In this document: in pieces, positions 9,930 to 19,268 of the stretch | Position numbering within the stretch: the stretch's first letter is position 1 | Layout of the letters: every line of letters begins with the position of its first letter | Assembly (NCBI GenBank): GCA_903831745.1 | Contig: CAIKYX010000103.1 | Span: 2,668-66,667, forward strand | Direction: 5' to 3' | From: Oligoflexia bacterium | GTDB lineage: Bacteria > Bdellovibrionota > UBA1018 > CAIMNF01 | Length of the DNA: 64,000 nt | Made by a program: the position numbers and the translations under genes | The notes under the pieces: generated by a model | The model's input: the letters and a program-made list of their open reading frames with translations, nothing else | Told to the model about the DNA's origin: nothing | Databases searched by the model: none

Positions 9930-11000
9930 TTACTTAGCGCTCGCCAACTCTTCGTCAATCACCTCCGAGAATGCTTCTGCGGGCTGCGCGCCACTCAGGA
10001 GTTGTCCGTTGATAAAAAAGGTAGGGGTAGACCGAACCCCTATTTTTTCGCCGTATTTTTCCTCATTTCTTACTAATTCAGCGAATTTGTGTGACTCGAA
10101 ACACTCTTTGAATTTCTTTTCATCAGCACCCGACGCCACCGCGTGTTTGACCAGATTCTCGGAATCAAGCTTGCTTTGATTTGCAAACGCGAGGTCATGG
10201 AACTTCCAAAACTTGTCCTTGCCTTGCTCGTTCACGCAAAGAGATGCTTCGGCGGCTGGCATGGCATCCTTATGCATTTCTTTGGGCAAAGGAAACTGTT
10301 TGAAGACCACTTTGATTTTGTTTCCATACTTTTTCTTGATCTCATTGACCGTCGTGGCGGCTCTTCCACAGAACGGGCATTGAAAATCAGAAAATTCGGT
10401 GACCGTTACGGCAGCATGATCACCCCCCGACGTCGGAGAATTGCCCACTTCGATTTGTAGATTCGACTTTGGCTTTTTAAAATAGACTTCGACTGGCTTA
10501 TTTTTCGTGATTTTGGCGATGGCAGCGGTAATTTGATCTTCATGCTTTTGTTCCTTCATATAAGCGTAGATGCGCTCTTTTACTTGATCGTTGATATTGC
10601 TTTCGGGTATGTTCTTTTCTTTTATGAATTTCTTGAATTCTGCGTCCGTTATCTTGATTTCACTTTTAAGTATCCTTTCTCTGGCTTCATCACCCAGGAG
10701 CCGCTTGGTAATCAGTTTATTCAATTGGCCCATTTTCAGATCGTACTCTTGCTTTTTGATCTGCAAGAGTTCAAGCTGGGCATCGCCGATCAACTGGTCC
10801 TCAGTAATCTCGTCATCGTTGATCTTTGCGACGACTACGGATTTTCCGCCTAATTGCGGAAAATCCTTGAACACCAGGTTTACCTTTGCCCGGGCATCTT
10901 CGGTGCACGCCATTGCCAAGAGAGAGACGGCAACACATGCACCGAAAATGAGTGGCTTGCGGTGGAGAGGGAATTTTTTGTTTTTAGTTTCGTTCTTCAT
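9930..11000 (-). CDS. DsbA-family thiol:disulfide oxidoreductase lipoprotein with N-terminal SurA-N-like extension
   Basis: Lipobox LLAMAC and thioredoxin active site FSDFQCPFCGRA. Confidence 0.75.
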   Translation of the reverse strand: MKNETKNKKFPLHRKPLIFGACVAVSLLAMACTEDARAKVNLVFKDFPQLGGKSVVVAKINDDEITEDQLIGDAQLELLQIKKQEYDLKMGQLNKLITKRLLGDEARERILKSEIKITDAEFKKFIKEKNIPESNINDQVKERIYAYMKEQKHEDQITAAIAKITKNKPVEVYFKKPKSNLQIEVGNSPTSGGDHAAVTVTEFSDFQCPFCGRAATTVNEIKKKYGNKIKVVFKQFPLPKEMHKDAMPAAEASLCVNEQGKDKFWKFHDLAFANQSKLDSENLVKHAVASGADEKKFKECFESHKFAELVRNEEKYGEKIGVRSTPTFFINGQLLSGAQPAEAFSEVIDEELASAK

Positions 11001-11045
11001 GTACCCAGACTAGGACAACAGCCTAAGAATGGGATGAAGATGAGA

Positions 11046-12500
11046 TTAGAATTTTCTTAACTCGACACGGACCGTAGTTCCTTTGCCCAAATCACTGGTC
11101 AAAGAAATGACTCCTCGATGAAGCTCGGCAATTCTTTTTACAATGACCAGACCCAAGCCTGCACCTTCGGCCTTGAGTGATTTTTTAGGGTCTCGCTGAA
11201 AACGCTGAAAGAGATTTTGGATTTCTTGTTCGGATATTCCAAGCCCATGATCCTGAATTTCCAACAGAAAGCGATCTTGCGCTTCAGTCAGACGAACCAG
11301 CACTCCTTGAGAGGCGCCCTTTGAATACTTGATTGCATTATCTATAAGATTTTCGACCAAACAGCGAAGGAGATGCGTATCACCCTGAAATTCGAAATCG
11401 ATTTGCGTATCCGAATTTCCTGAAAAAGGATTCAGTTCGAGAGAAATTCGCTTTCCGGTTCGCTGTTCGATGCGATCAAAACGATTCACCGTTTCGGTGA
11501 CAATTTCATCCAGCCTGACTGTCTCAAAAGGAATGGCGCCGTAGCCCGCATCCATCTTTGCCAAGAGCAGAAGATTCTCCACCAGTCGAATCAACTGACT
11601 TACTTCTTGGCGTACACTTTCGAGTTCGCCCCCGAACTTAGGGGCCAAGAGTTCGAGTTCGCCTTGAATGATAGCGAGCGGTGTTTTGAGTTGATGAGAA
11701 GCATCCGCAACAAATCGATCTTGAGCACGGACCGAGCTTTCGACCCGGTCTAAAAGCAGATTCAAGGTACGTCCGAGCTCTCGCAGCTCTTCATCGCTTT
11801 CGATGACCTCAATTCGATCCTTCAGGTTCTTGACCTCGATTTGGGCAGTTTGTTTCGTCATCAAAAGAATGGGCGAAAATGCTCTTCTCGACGCCCAAAG
11901 AGCCAGAAAAGTCGAAAGGGCGATCCCGATCGGTATGATAAAAAGGAGCAACAGCAGGAATGCTTTTTTGTTTTCCTGGATGATGGTCATCGGCACCGCA
12001 ATTTGCAGAATGACGGGATAGATTCCATTCTTATTGACGAGATATGAAATCAGTCGGTAGTCGTTTCCATTATTCTCACCGAGTTCCGTATCGTGAATCG
12101 TCTGGTAATCGACTCCGCGAGTGAGAACATGATTTCGAATCTCGTCTGAAAAAGGAAGTTGGTAGCTCGGATTCAAATTGCCGGACGAAGCAAGATAGTT
12201 TCCACCGCCGTCTCTGAATTCGAGATAAGACCTTCCCAACGCAAAGGGAACGTGTTTTTCGACATCCAAATCCGAAAAGGGCCTAACCACATTTCGACCA
12301 AAATACCCGATGTCATTCGACGAGGCGACATCGAGCGCGTGGTTATACAAGGATGCGTCGAAATTCTCCTGATGCGTTTGCACAAAGATCTTAAAACAAA
12401 GCGCACTCGTTAGAACGAGCGTCGTACCAAACGTCAGAGTAAAATACAGGCCCAATCGAGAACGAATACTTTGCGGGCGAAAGAAATTAAACACCTTCAT
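11046..12500 (-). CDS. two-component sensor histidine kinase
   Basis: Two TM segments flank a periplasmic region. H-box FVADASHQLKTPLAII and HATPase N/G boxes (DNAIKYS, GAGLGLVIVKRI). Confidence 0.9.
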   Translation of the reverse strand: MKVFNFFRPQSIRSRLGLYFTLTFGTTLVLTSALCFKIFVQTHQENFDASLYNHALDVASSNDIGYFGRNVVRPFSDLDVEKHVPFALGRSYLEFRDGGGNYLASSGNLNPSYQLPFSDEIRNHVLTRGVDYQTIHDTELGENNGNDYRLISYLVNKNGIYPVILQIAVPMTIIQENKKAFLLLLLFIIPIGIALSTFLALWASRRAFSPILLMTKQTAQIEVKNLKDRIEVIESDEELRELGRTLNLLLDRVESSVRAQDRFVADASHQLKTPLAIIQGELELLAPKFGGELESVRQEVSQLIRLVENLLLLAKMDAGYGAIPFETVRLDEIVTETVNRFDRIEQRTGKRISLELNPFSGNSDTQIDFEFQGDTHLLRCLVENLIDNAIKYSKGASQGVLVRLTEAQDRFLLEIQDHGLGISEQEIQNLFQRFQRDPKKSLKAEGAGLGLVIVKRIAELHRGVISLTSDLGKGTTVRVELRKF

Positions 12501-13176
12501 CTTCTTTCAGCATATAACCCACTCCGATGACCGTGTGAATTAGCTTATTCCCAAAGGGTGCATCGACTTTTTTACGAAGGGTATTCACGTAAACATCAAC
12601 GACGTTGCTATCACTATCGTGGTGCATGTCCCACACGCTCTCTGCGATGTTCATGCGGCTTACCGGACGTCCTGCATGACGAAGCAAGTACTCAAGCAGC
12701 GAGAATTCCTTAGGTGTAAGTTGAATTTTTTTCTTCGCGCGCACGACAGAGCGAGTGACCAGATTGACTTCGAGGTCGGCCACTCGTAGCAGCATGCTAT
12801 TGCCTTGCTGAGTGGAACCGGCCCGTCTTAAGAGTGCTCGAATTCGGGCGTAGAGTTCATCGAGCTCGAACGGCTTTGAAAGATAATCATCCGCACCAGC
12901 GTCCAATCCACGAATGCGATCTTTCGTGCCCGAAAGGGCCGTGAGCATCAGAATCGGAGCTTGGCATCCGTCGCGCCTCAGATGATGGGCAACATCAACT
13001 CCATTTTGATCAGGAAGCATGACATCGAGAATAATCAAATCGTACGAATGGTTTGATACCAGGCTCTCTGCGGCGCCGGCAGTTTCGGCAACGTCAACCG
13101 CATAGCCCATTTGCACCAACCCCTTTTTGATAAAGGAGGCGACTTTCTTTTGATCTTCAACCAACAACAATCTCAT
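12487..13176 (-). CDS. OmpR-family response regulator
   Basis: MRLLLVEDQ receiver with phospho-Asp context LIILDVMLPD, and a winged-helix C-terminus (LTPKEFSLLEYL). Overlaps the kinase start by 14 nt. Confidence 0.9.
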   Translation of the reverse strand: MRLLLVEDQKKVASFIKKGLVQMGYAVDVAETAGAAESLVSNHSYDLIILDVMLPDQNGVDVAHHLRRDGCQAPILMLTALSGTKDRIRGLDAGADDYLSKPFELDELYARIRALLRRAGSTQQGNSMLLRVADLEVNLVTRSVVRAKKKIQLTPKEFSLLEYLLRHAGRPVSRMNIAESVWDMHHDSDSNVVDVYVNTLRKKVDAPFGNKLIHTVIGVGYMLKEDEGV

Positions 13177-13275
13177 GGTGCCCGCCTTTCCTGGTGTCGT
13201 AACCATACATTTGAATTCATCAAAATAAAAGAGTACACAAAAAGAGTTTCATCGCTCATTTAAAAGGTTCAGTCT

Positions 13276-13303
13276 TTGCTTTGATTCAAACCCCCAGTAC
13301 AAT
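13276..13303 (+). promoter_or_regulatory. candidate sigma-70 promoter, TTGCTT-N16-TACAAT, placed for a leaderless mRNA
   Basis: The -10 hexamer ends 5 nt before ATG 13309 and there is no SD in the gap. Confidence 0.4.
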
Positions 13304-13308
13304 GAAGC

Positions 13309-13938
13309 ATGCCCAGCACTGCTAACCTCAGCCCCACCATCCTGCACGAGTCAGATGAATTCATCATTCTGAACAAACCTGCGGGCTGGCTCAGCATCCC
13401 GGGTCGCACACCTGAGGAGCAGGTCATCACGCAATGGCTAGAAAACCACCTGAAGCAACCCGCGTGGGTGGTTCATCGCCTCGACCGCTTTACCAGCGGC
13501 ATCATCCTCTTCGCTAAAACCAAAGAAGCCCACAAAAACGCGAATCATTGGTTTTTAAAACGCGAAGTAAAAAAGATTTATCATTTTTTTGCCTCTCCTC
13601 CCCCGAGTCGTCCGGCGATTCAAATAAAAACACCGATTCAGGGCAAACCCTCGCAAAGCCTTTTTGAAGTCCTCGAAAAAGGGCCTCACGCCTTTTATGG
13701 CAAAGCCACCCCATTGACCGGACGCTTTCATCAGATTCGGGAACATGCAAGTGAAGGTGGGTTTCCGCTTCTGGGCGACAAACCCTATCATGGTGCAATG
13801 ACCTGGCTCATTGACGGGGTAAAAACCGAAGTTCCTAGAATTTTTCTTCATGCCGAGTCGTTAACCCTACCCTTTGGAGTTTTTCAGGCACCCCTGCCCA
13901 AAGACATGTTAAAATGGAAACAGGAAATCCTGAAATGA
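13309..13938 (+). CDS. RluA-family pseudouridine synthase
   Basis: Motifs FIILNKPAGW and catalytic HRLDRFTSGIILFAK. Confidence 0.85.
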   Translation: MPSTANLSPTILHESDEFIILNKPAGWLSIPGRTPEEQVITQWLENHLKQPAWVVHRLDRFTSGIILFAKTKEAHKNANHWFLKREVKKIYHFFASPPPSRPAIQIKTPIQGKPSQSLFEVLEKGPHAFYGKATPLTGRFHQIREHASEGGFPLLGDKPYHGAMTWLIDGVKTEVPRIFLHAESLTLPFGVFQAPLPKDMLKWKQEILK

Positions 13939-14912
13939 AGCAAATTCTCTCAAAATCCATTGCATGGCGCGAAAACTTTCAATTGAATCGCGAGACCGAA
14001 GCACTTCGAATCTTTTACGGCCCCGGCGAATCCGAGCACCCGGAACTCTCTAAGATCGCCATCGATCTTTTTGGAAATCATGCGTGGATTACCCAGTGGT
14101 CAAAAATCAAGGATTCTGCACAGGAAGAAATCAGGCAGTATTTACTGAATGAAAAAGTTTTTGGCCGACCGATTCAAAGCGCCGTTTGGATCGATCGCTC
14201 GTCCGACAAGATTGATGACGCCAAACCCTTTTTAGGCGAACCCCCGCGCGAGAAATTCGAAGTGCGCGAATTCGGAATTCCTTACCTCGTCCAAATGCTC
14301 GAGACCAAGCACCCGGGGTTATTTCTGGATCACGCCCCCCTTCGACAATGGCTACTTGCCACCCAGAACGGTAAGAACGTGCTGAATCTCTTTGCGTATA
14401 CGGGCTCGCTTTCGATCGCGGCCGGCCGTGGGGGCGCGACAAATGTGGTCACTCTCGATCTTTCGAAACCGACCATTCAATGGGCCCGCGAAAGTTGGGT
14501 CAATGCCGGACTTCCAGATCAGGAACAGAATTTTATTTTCGGGGATGCACTCGAATGGCTTCCTCGTTTGGCAAAAAAGGCCACCCAAGAAAACAAACTC
14601 TTCGATACCATCCTCTGCGATCCTCCGTCCTTTTCGCGCTCAAAAACCGGAACCTTCTCGACCCAGAAAGACAGCACTCGGCTGCATCAGCTGATTTTTC
14701 CGCTCCTTAAAAAGGGGGGAATCCTCGTTACGTCGATCAATTCGGAAAACATTCTCGAGCGGGATTTCTTACGTGACATTGCCATCGCAGCAGAAAAGAC
14801 TGACTCAAAGATTCGAATTCTAAAACGAATTGATTTACCCGAAACCTTTCCTACCGATACCCGGCAGTTGAGCACCCGCTACCTGAAGGGTTTTTATCTT
14901 CTGAAGGAATAG
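13935..14912 (+). CDS. class I SAM-dependent rRNA methyltransferase (RlmI-like)
   Basis: SAM motif VLNLFAYTGSLSIAA and CDPPSF. The ATG at 13935 overlaps the upstream stop (ATGA). Confidence 0.7.
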   Translation: MKQILSKSIAWRENFQLNRETEALRIFYGPGESEHPELSKIAIDLFGNHAWITQWSKIKDSAQEEIRQYLLNEKVFGRPIQSAVWIDRSSDKIDDAKPFLGEPPREKFEVREFGIPYLVQMLETKHPGLFLDHAPLRQWLLATQNGKNVLNLFAYTGSLSIAAGRGGATNVVTLDLSKPTIQWARESWVNAGLPDQEQNFIFGDALEWLPRLAKKATQENKLFDTILCDPPSFSRSKTGTFSTQKDSTRLHQLIFPLLKKGGILVTSINSENILERDFLRDIAIAAEKTDSKIRILKRIDLPETFPTDTRQLSTRYLKGFYLLKE

Positions 14913-14982
14913 CGTTGAACCTGTACACTCGCGCCTTCAAGATCTTTACTTAATATTTTTCAAATGGTAGTCTCACTCTTCA

Positions 14983-16329
14983 ATGCGCGTGCTGAACACC
15001 CTGATCACTTTGTTTGTGCTCGGAATAACATCCACATCCCAGGCTACGCTCCTCAAGTACCCCACTCGCTATAAGAACGGAATCGCACTCAGTTACATGA
15101 CTCAGCCTGAAGGAAATTTTCTTCCGGGAATTTACCTCATCAGTCTTACTACCAAAAAACCGATCCCACTGGATGATGGCAGTCAGTCCGACCCTGGCGT
15201 AGGACACGTTTGGTTTCTCGAAACTCCGGACATCGAAAACATACGCCACACTTTGACCGAAAAAACATCAGGACGAAAAGTATACCTGTCGAGAACGCCA
15301 CCTACCTCGATGGCTTTTGTCGGTATCGAGCAAAAGGCCTTGGCGATTTCGCAAGAAGGCGCCTACGTGACGATCTTCGATTTTAGTCCACTTTATCGAG
15401 AGCACCCGGATGTTCATTTCGACCTGGTGACCGCACCCGAAACCGTAAGTGTGGGCGCCGATACTTATCGCGCCATCGAATTTCGCGCGATCTTTAAAAA
15501 ACCAGATGGCGGATTTCACGTAGAGATCGGACGCGGAATCATCAATCAGGATTTCGCGTTCGTGCCGCTACCGCCCCAAGAAATCGACATTCATTCGATC
15601 GATGATTTACCCAAAGAAATGACTCTCGGAAAAACCTTTGGCGAGCGCGGAAGAATCCTGACCATCGATCATGTAGGATTCGATCATGACCAGAAACCAA
15701 CCTTCGTGCGCGAGCAGATTTATGCCGAAGATTTTATCAAGGGCGGAGCTTATTTTCAGAATTTTCCACTGACCCGATTTAGCAACACCCATCAACTTCC
15801 GCTGACCGAACATTTTCAACTCAGCTACGCCCACGAATCGGTAGGCGAGTTCAGAAACCGCGTCTTCGGCATGAGCCTCGACCCGAAACCGCACTATCAA
15901 ACCACGATCGATGGCGTGATTAATTTTGGACTTCCGGAACCCAAAGACCCCTACCACGGCGTTAGGCTCAGCAACCATGGTCAGATGCAAACCGCAGTCT
16001 CGTTTGCGTCCTATCACCGGCAGCTTCAGCAAGATCACGACCTTTGGAAGCCCTATATTTATGACTGGCCCGTCATCGAATACAAGCCTCTGCCAGCCAA
16101 TCCCACGGAAGCTCAGGTTGAACATTATTATGCCTCTATCGACGCCATGAAGGCCTATGCGGTCCGCCAAGCCTTCTATATGGTGGTTCCTGATGTGACC
16201 CAGGGTCAATTTAGGCTCCACCATATCAATGCTGATAATGCCCGCTATTTATCTCAATTCTTCGTTAGAAACTATTGCGACGAGCTGACGACCCTCGAAA
16301 TCATCCGCGACCGCCAAGAAGGAAAATAG
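14983..16329 (+). CDS. secreted hypothetical protein
   Basis: 448-aa ORF with signal peptide LITLFVLGITSTSQA. I recognised no motif. Confidence 0.6.
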   Translation: MRVLNTLITLFVLGITSTSQATLLKYPTRYKNGIALSYMTQPEGNFLPGIYLISLTTKKPIPLDDGSQSDPGVGHVWFLETPDIENIRHTLTEKTSGRKVYLSRTPPTSMAFVGIEQKALAISQEGAYVTIFDFSPLYREHPDVHFDLVTAPETVSVGADTYRAIEFRAIFKKPDGGFHVEIGRGIINQDFAFVPLPPQEIDIHSIDDLPKEMTLGKTFGERGRILTIDHVGFDHDQKPTFVREQIYAEDFIKGGAYFQNFPLTRFSNTHQLPLTEHFQLSYAHESVGEFRNRVFGMSLDPKPHYQTTIDGVINFGLPEPKDPYHGVRLSNHGQMQTAVSFASYHRQLQQDHDLWKPYIYDWPVIEYKPLPANPTEAQVEHYYASIDAMKAYAVRQAFYMVVPDVTQGQFRLHHINADNARYLSQFFVRNYCDELTTLEIIRDRQEGK

Positions 16330-16407
16330 CACTGTCTAACCTCTAGACACTCTCACGCCCAAGTGAACAGGTTTTGATCACCCTCTCGCATATACGCTTG
16401 ACCAGGC

Positions 16408-16422
16408 TGGCACAACTCTCGC
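16408..16422 (+). promoter_or_regulatory. candidate sigma-54 (-24/-12) promoter
   Basis: cTGGCACaactcTCGCt versus consensus TGGCAC-N5-TTGC, one mismatch. The GC of the -12 element lies about 22 nt upstream of ATG 16444. Confidence 0.4.
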
Positions 16423-16443
16423 TTATTACTCAGGTAGAGAGAT

Positions 16444-16869
16444 ATGAGAGCTATGAGAAATTTTAACTTTTTTAGTTTAATTGTAATTGCCGCTGCAGCC
16501 GCCTTAACCTGGAGCACGGTTTCACAAGCATCGGTTCCGGAGAAGGTGCACGTACTCGAAAACCTAAGCCCAAGCGAACTCAAAGAAGCTTACGCTTTGA
16601 TTCAAGCCAAAGGTTACGTGGTTTCTAAAAAGCCACTTTTCTCTGAATCGAAAAAAGCACTCGTCATTACCAAAACTATCCGCACCGAATCGGATGAGCC
16701 ATCCGTGCAAATTGAACTCATGAAAAAAGAGAATGAACACTCTTTGCCGCGTACCACTTTTAAAGTACAAGTTCCGAGCGAGCGCATTCAAGACGCACTT
16801 CAACAGTTTCCGAGTTCAGCACAGCTGATCGATACGAATGTTATGCCTGTTGCGTATCAGCAGGACTAG
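16444..16869 (+). CDS. small secreted hypothetical protein
   Basis: 141 aa with signal peptide FSLIVIAAAAALTWSTVSQA. Confidence 0.55.
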   Translation: MRAMRNFNFFSLIVIAAAAALTWSTVSQASVPEKVHVLENLSPSELKEAYALIQAKGYVVSKKPLFSESKKALVITKTIRTESDEPSVQIELMKKENEHSLPRTTFKVQVPSERIQDALQQFPSSAQLIDTNVMPVAYQQD

Positions 16870-17665
16870 AGGCTGACGCCTCTACCGCAGACACGGGTGC
16901 AGATACTGGCGCTGGTACTGAAGACCCCTGAAGCGTCGTCGTCTGATCTTTCAATACCAAACGCAATTCACCCGCTCCTTTAGGCCCACGAGGCGCGCGA
17001 TTCGGATCACGAGGAGGTCTCGGAGCACGGTTCGCATCTCTCGGAGGACGAGGGGTTGAAGTAGGAACTTTTGATTTTTCGCCGGTATTCTTGGCGAAAA
17101 CACCTTCTGGCCTGACTACAGGTGCATCGTTACGAGGTTGGCGATCCGTCTGAGGACGATCTGAAAATGAACGCTCACCTCCGCCGTCTGGTCTACGACC
17201 ACGATCACTGCGCTCGCCACCGACTGGTCCACGACCGCGATCACCACCCGGTCCGCGTCCGCCGCCTGGTCCACGACCACCACCGGCCCCACGACCACGA
17301 CCGCCTCCATCACGACCAATGCTGCTAAAATAATCTTCTACGCGGTCATCTTTTTTGCCGCGGCTATCGGTCTGAGGAAAATATTCGACCAAATAAAAAT
17401 GCCCTTCGCGCTCCATGAACGCCTCCGGTACTTTTTCGGTTTCGGTTGCCTTAGTCGCAACCACTACCCGCTTTACCCGGTCGAGACGTGAGCTCGTCAT
17501 GTCGACGGCATTTTTATAAAATGGAGTTTTAGTTTCATCCAGCTTCAGTTGCTCATTGATAGCCGCTTGAGCTTCGTCCTCTGTTTTACCTTCAGTAATG
17601 AGGGCGGCCTTTTTGGCCATGGCTTCTTTGAGTACAAATCCGGAAAATTCAGTGATGGTCTTCAT
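16841..17665 (-). CDS. hypothetical protein with Arg/Gly-rich (RGG-like) low-complexity region
   Basis: 274 aa. An ordered N-terminal region of about 110 aa is followed by GRDGGGRGRGAGGGRGPGGGRGPGGDRGRGPVGGERSDRGRR and the duplicated PRPPRDxNRAPR. No signal peptide. Confidence 0.65.
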   Translation of the reverse strand: MKTITEFSGFVLKEAMAKKAALITEGKTEDEAQAAINEQLKLDETKTPFYKNAVDMTSSRLDRVKRVVVATKATETEKVPEAFMEREGHFYLVEYFPQTDSRGKKDDRVEDYFSSIGRDGGGRGRGAGGGRGPGGGRGPGGDRGRGPVGGERSDRGRRPDGGGERSFSDRPQTDRQPRNDAPVVRPEGVFAKNTGEKSKVPTSTPRPPRDANRAPRPPRDPNRAPRGPKGAGELRLVLKDQTTTLQGSSVPAPVSAPVSAVEASASSPADTQQA

Positions 17666-17806
17666 TCACTGGATTTTAGGACAAAAGAGGCTTTTTTACC
17701 AATGCTTAATGGCCTATTACGGTTCACGCTTTTCGTTGCGTCATTTTTTGGGCGCGAAGTATTATATTCTAATCGCGACGCTTTTGGGGTACCATTTAAA
17801 AATCTT

Positions 17807-18658
17807 ATGAGCATGGTTTACTTTATTCCCTCTTCCCAGAGAAAACTCGCGCTTGCTGCTGCCCAAGCGGACGAAGAACCCGTTCTTGTCATCGGTGGTT
17901 CTGGTACCGGCAAAGGCGCGCTTGCAAAATGGATTCATCAGAACAGCCCTCGTTCGGCACAGCCGTTCGTCATCGCCACTCGCGAACGAACCCTGGCAGA
18001 ACAAATCCGCGATTGTCCGGGCGGAACCCTGATGATCGACGACATTGCGAACTATCCGGTAGCAGAGCAACTCGTCGTACTTAATTTTTTAAAGACCAAG
18101 TCAGTACCTCATCCGAATCGCACTGCAGGAACCGCGCTTCCGATGATTGTTAATGTCCGCATCATTGCCACCTCGGTGCCACAGATCGATTCTCGTTCTC
18201 GTGCCGGCATGTTCAATGACGAGCTTCTGATCCGCTTAAGCAAAAACCGCATCGAAATGCCGAACCTGACCGAGCGCGAAGATGAGTTCGAAGACATTGC
18301 CATGGGCATTCTTCATGAAATCACCCGCGAATTGCATAAAGAATATGTAAAAGGGTTCTCAGAGAATGTCTGGCGCCAATTGCGTGATTACGATTGGCCG
18401 GGCAACTTGCGCGAACTTCGTAACGTCCTGCAAATGGCGGTCGTTAGCTGCGAAACCGAGCGAGTCGAATCCAAAGACTTGCCTGATTTCGGCCACGATA
18501 AGATCAATTTTCAGGCAACCCGCTCTGAATTCGAGAAGATCTATCTCAGCGAGCTACTGAAAAGCTTCAACCACGACCTCGAGAAAACCGCCCGCGCGGC
18601 ACGAGTCGAGCGCATGGCACTTCTCGAGAAGCTCAAGCGCCACGGCTTGATTCATTAA
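17807..18658 (+). CDS. sigma-54-activator-like AAA+ protein with Fis-type HTH, lacking receiver domain and GAFTGA loop
   Basis: Walker A GGSGTGKGALAKWIH, Walker B GGTLMIDDI, then WPGNLRELRNVLQMAVV and a C-terminal HTH (LEKTARAARVERMALLEKLKRHGL). Start set at ATG 17807 because the ORF-track extension overlaps the divergent gene. Confidence 0.7.
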   Translation: MSMVYFIPSSQRKLALAAAQADEEPVLVIGGSGTGKGALAKWIHQNSPRSAQPFVIATRERTLAEQIRDCPGGTLMIDDIANYPVAEQLVVLNFLKTKSVPHPNRTAGTALPMIVNVRIIATSVPQIDSRSRAGMFNDELLIRLSKNRIEMPNLTEREDEFEDIAMGILHEITRELHKEYVKGFSENVWRQLRDYDWPGNLRELRNVLQMAVVSCETERVESKDLPDFGHDKINFQATRSEFEKIYLSELLKSFNHDLEKTARAARVERMALLEKLKRHGLIH

Positions 18659-18675
18659 AATAAGCCCTTAAATCA

Positions 18676-19230
18676 TCACTGCAAGCAAGGCATGATTTTA
18701 TCGAGCAGCGTATCTTTCATGCGCTCTTTGCCCAGGTATTCATTACAACCTGCCTGAATCGCTTCATTCTTTTCTTCGTCCGAAGGCATTTGGTTCGTCA
18801 GTCCGAGAATGAAAACACGAGGATTCGACTCGCGAATCGAGCGCGTCGCAATTGAACCATTCAGACCATTCATCTGAAGATCCATGATGACGAGGTCATA
18901 ATCTGTCTGCTTACATTTGGTAACGGCATCCACACCGTCTTTTGAAAACTCGAGCTGAACCGGCATACCCTTAAAAACGCGACCAATCAACACGCGATTG
19001 ATTTCGGCCTGATCGACGATGAGTACTCTTTTTCCGGATGCAATGACCGGCGATTTCGACCGAGTCGTTACTGCCCTAGGAGCTACTTCAGGCAGGTCGA
19101 TGGCCACGACTTCATTGGCTTCGAGCTCTTTTAGTCCTTGATAAACGGCCTCTACAAACTGGTGGTATTCCGGTAAGGCTGCTTCGCATTTTTTGAGGAA
19201 TTCCTCGATATTTGGCTCTGATTGCGACAT
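18676..19230 (-). CDS. response-regulator receiver protein with uncharacterised N-terminal region
   Basis: C-terminal REC domain: KRVLIVDQ, DLVIMDLQMNGLNG, and a conserved Lys region. Confidence 0.75.
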   Translation of the reverse strand: MSQSEPNIEEFLKKCEAALPEYHQFVEAVYQGLKELEANEVVAIDLPEVAPRAVTTRSKSPVIASGKRVLIVDQAEINRVLIGRVFKGMPVQLEFSKDGVDAVTKCKQTDYDLVIMDLQMNGLNGSIATRSIRESNPRVFILGLTNQMPSDEEKNEAIQAGCNEYLGKERMKDTLLDKIMPCLQ

Positions 19231-19268
19231 TGCTTAAAACGTATCACGGCGGAGCACAAAGTCAAATC

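Noticed and set aside
17116-17328. Val/Asp- and His/Asp-rich ORFs of 67-68 aa on both strands inside the RGG-repeat region.
   Set aside because: They are alternative-frame and antisense readings of the GGN/CGN repeat DNA. They have no start context and are fully embedded in the longer ORF.
17549-17806. An 86-aa upstream extension of the AAA+ regulator ORF.
   Set aside because: It overlaps the 5-prime end of the divergent RGG-protein gene and has no similarity to receiver or sensor domains. ATG 17807 follows the intergenic gap.
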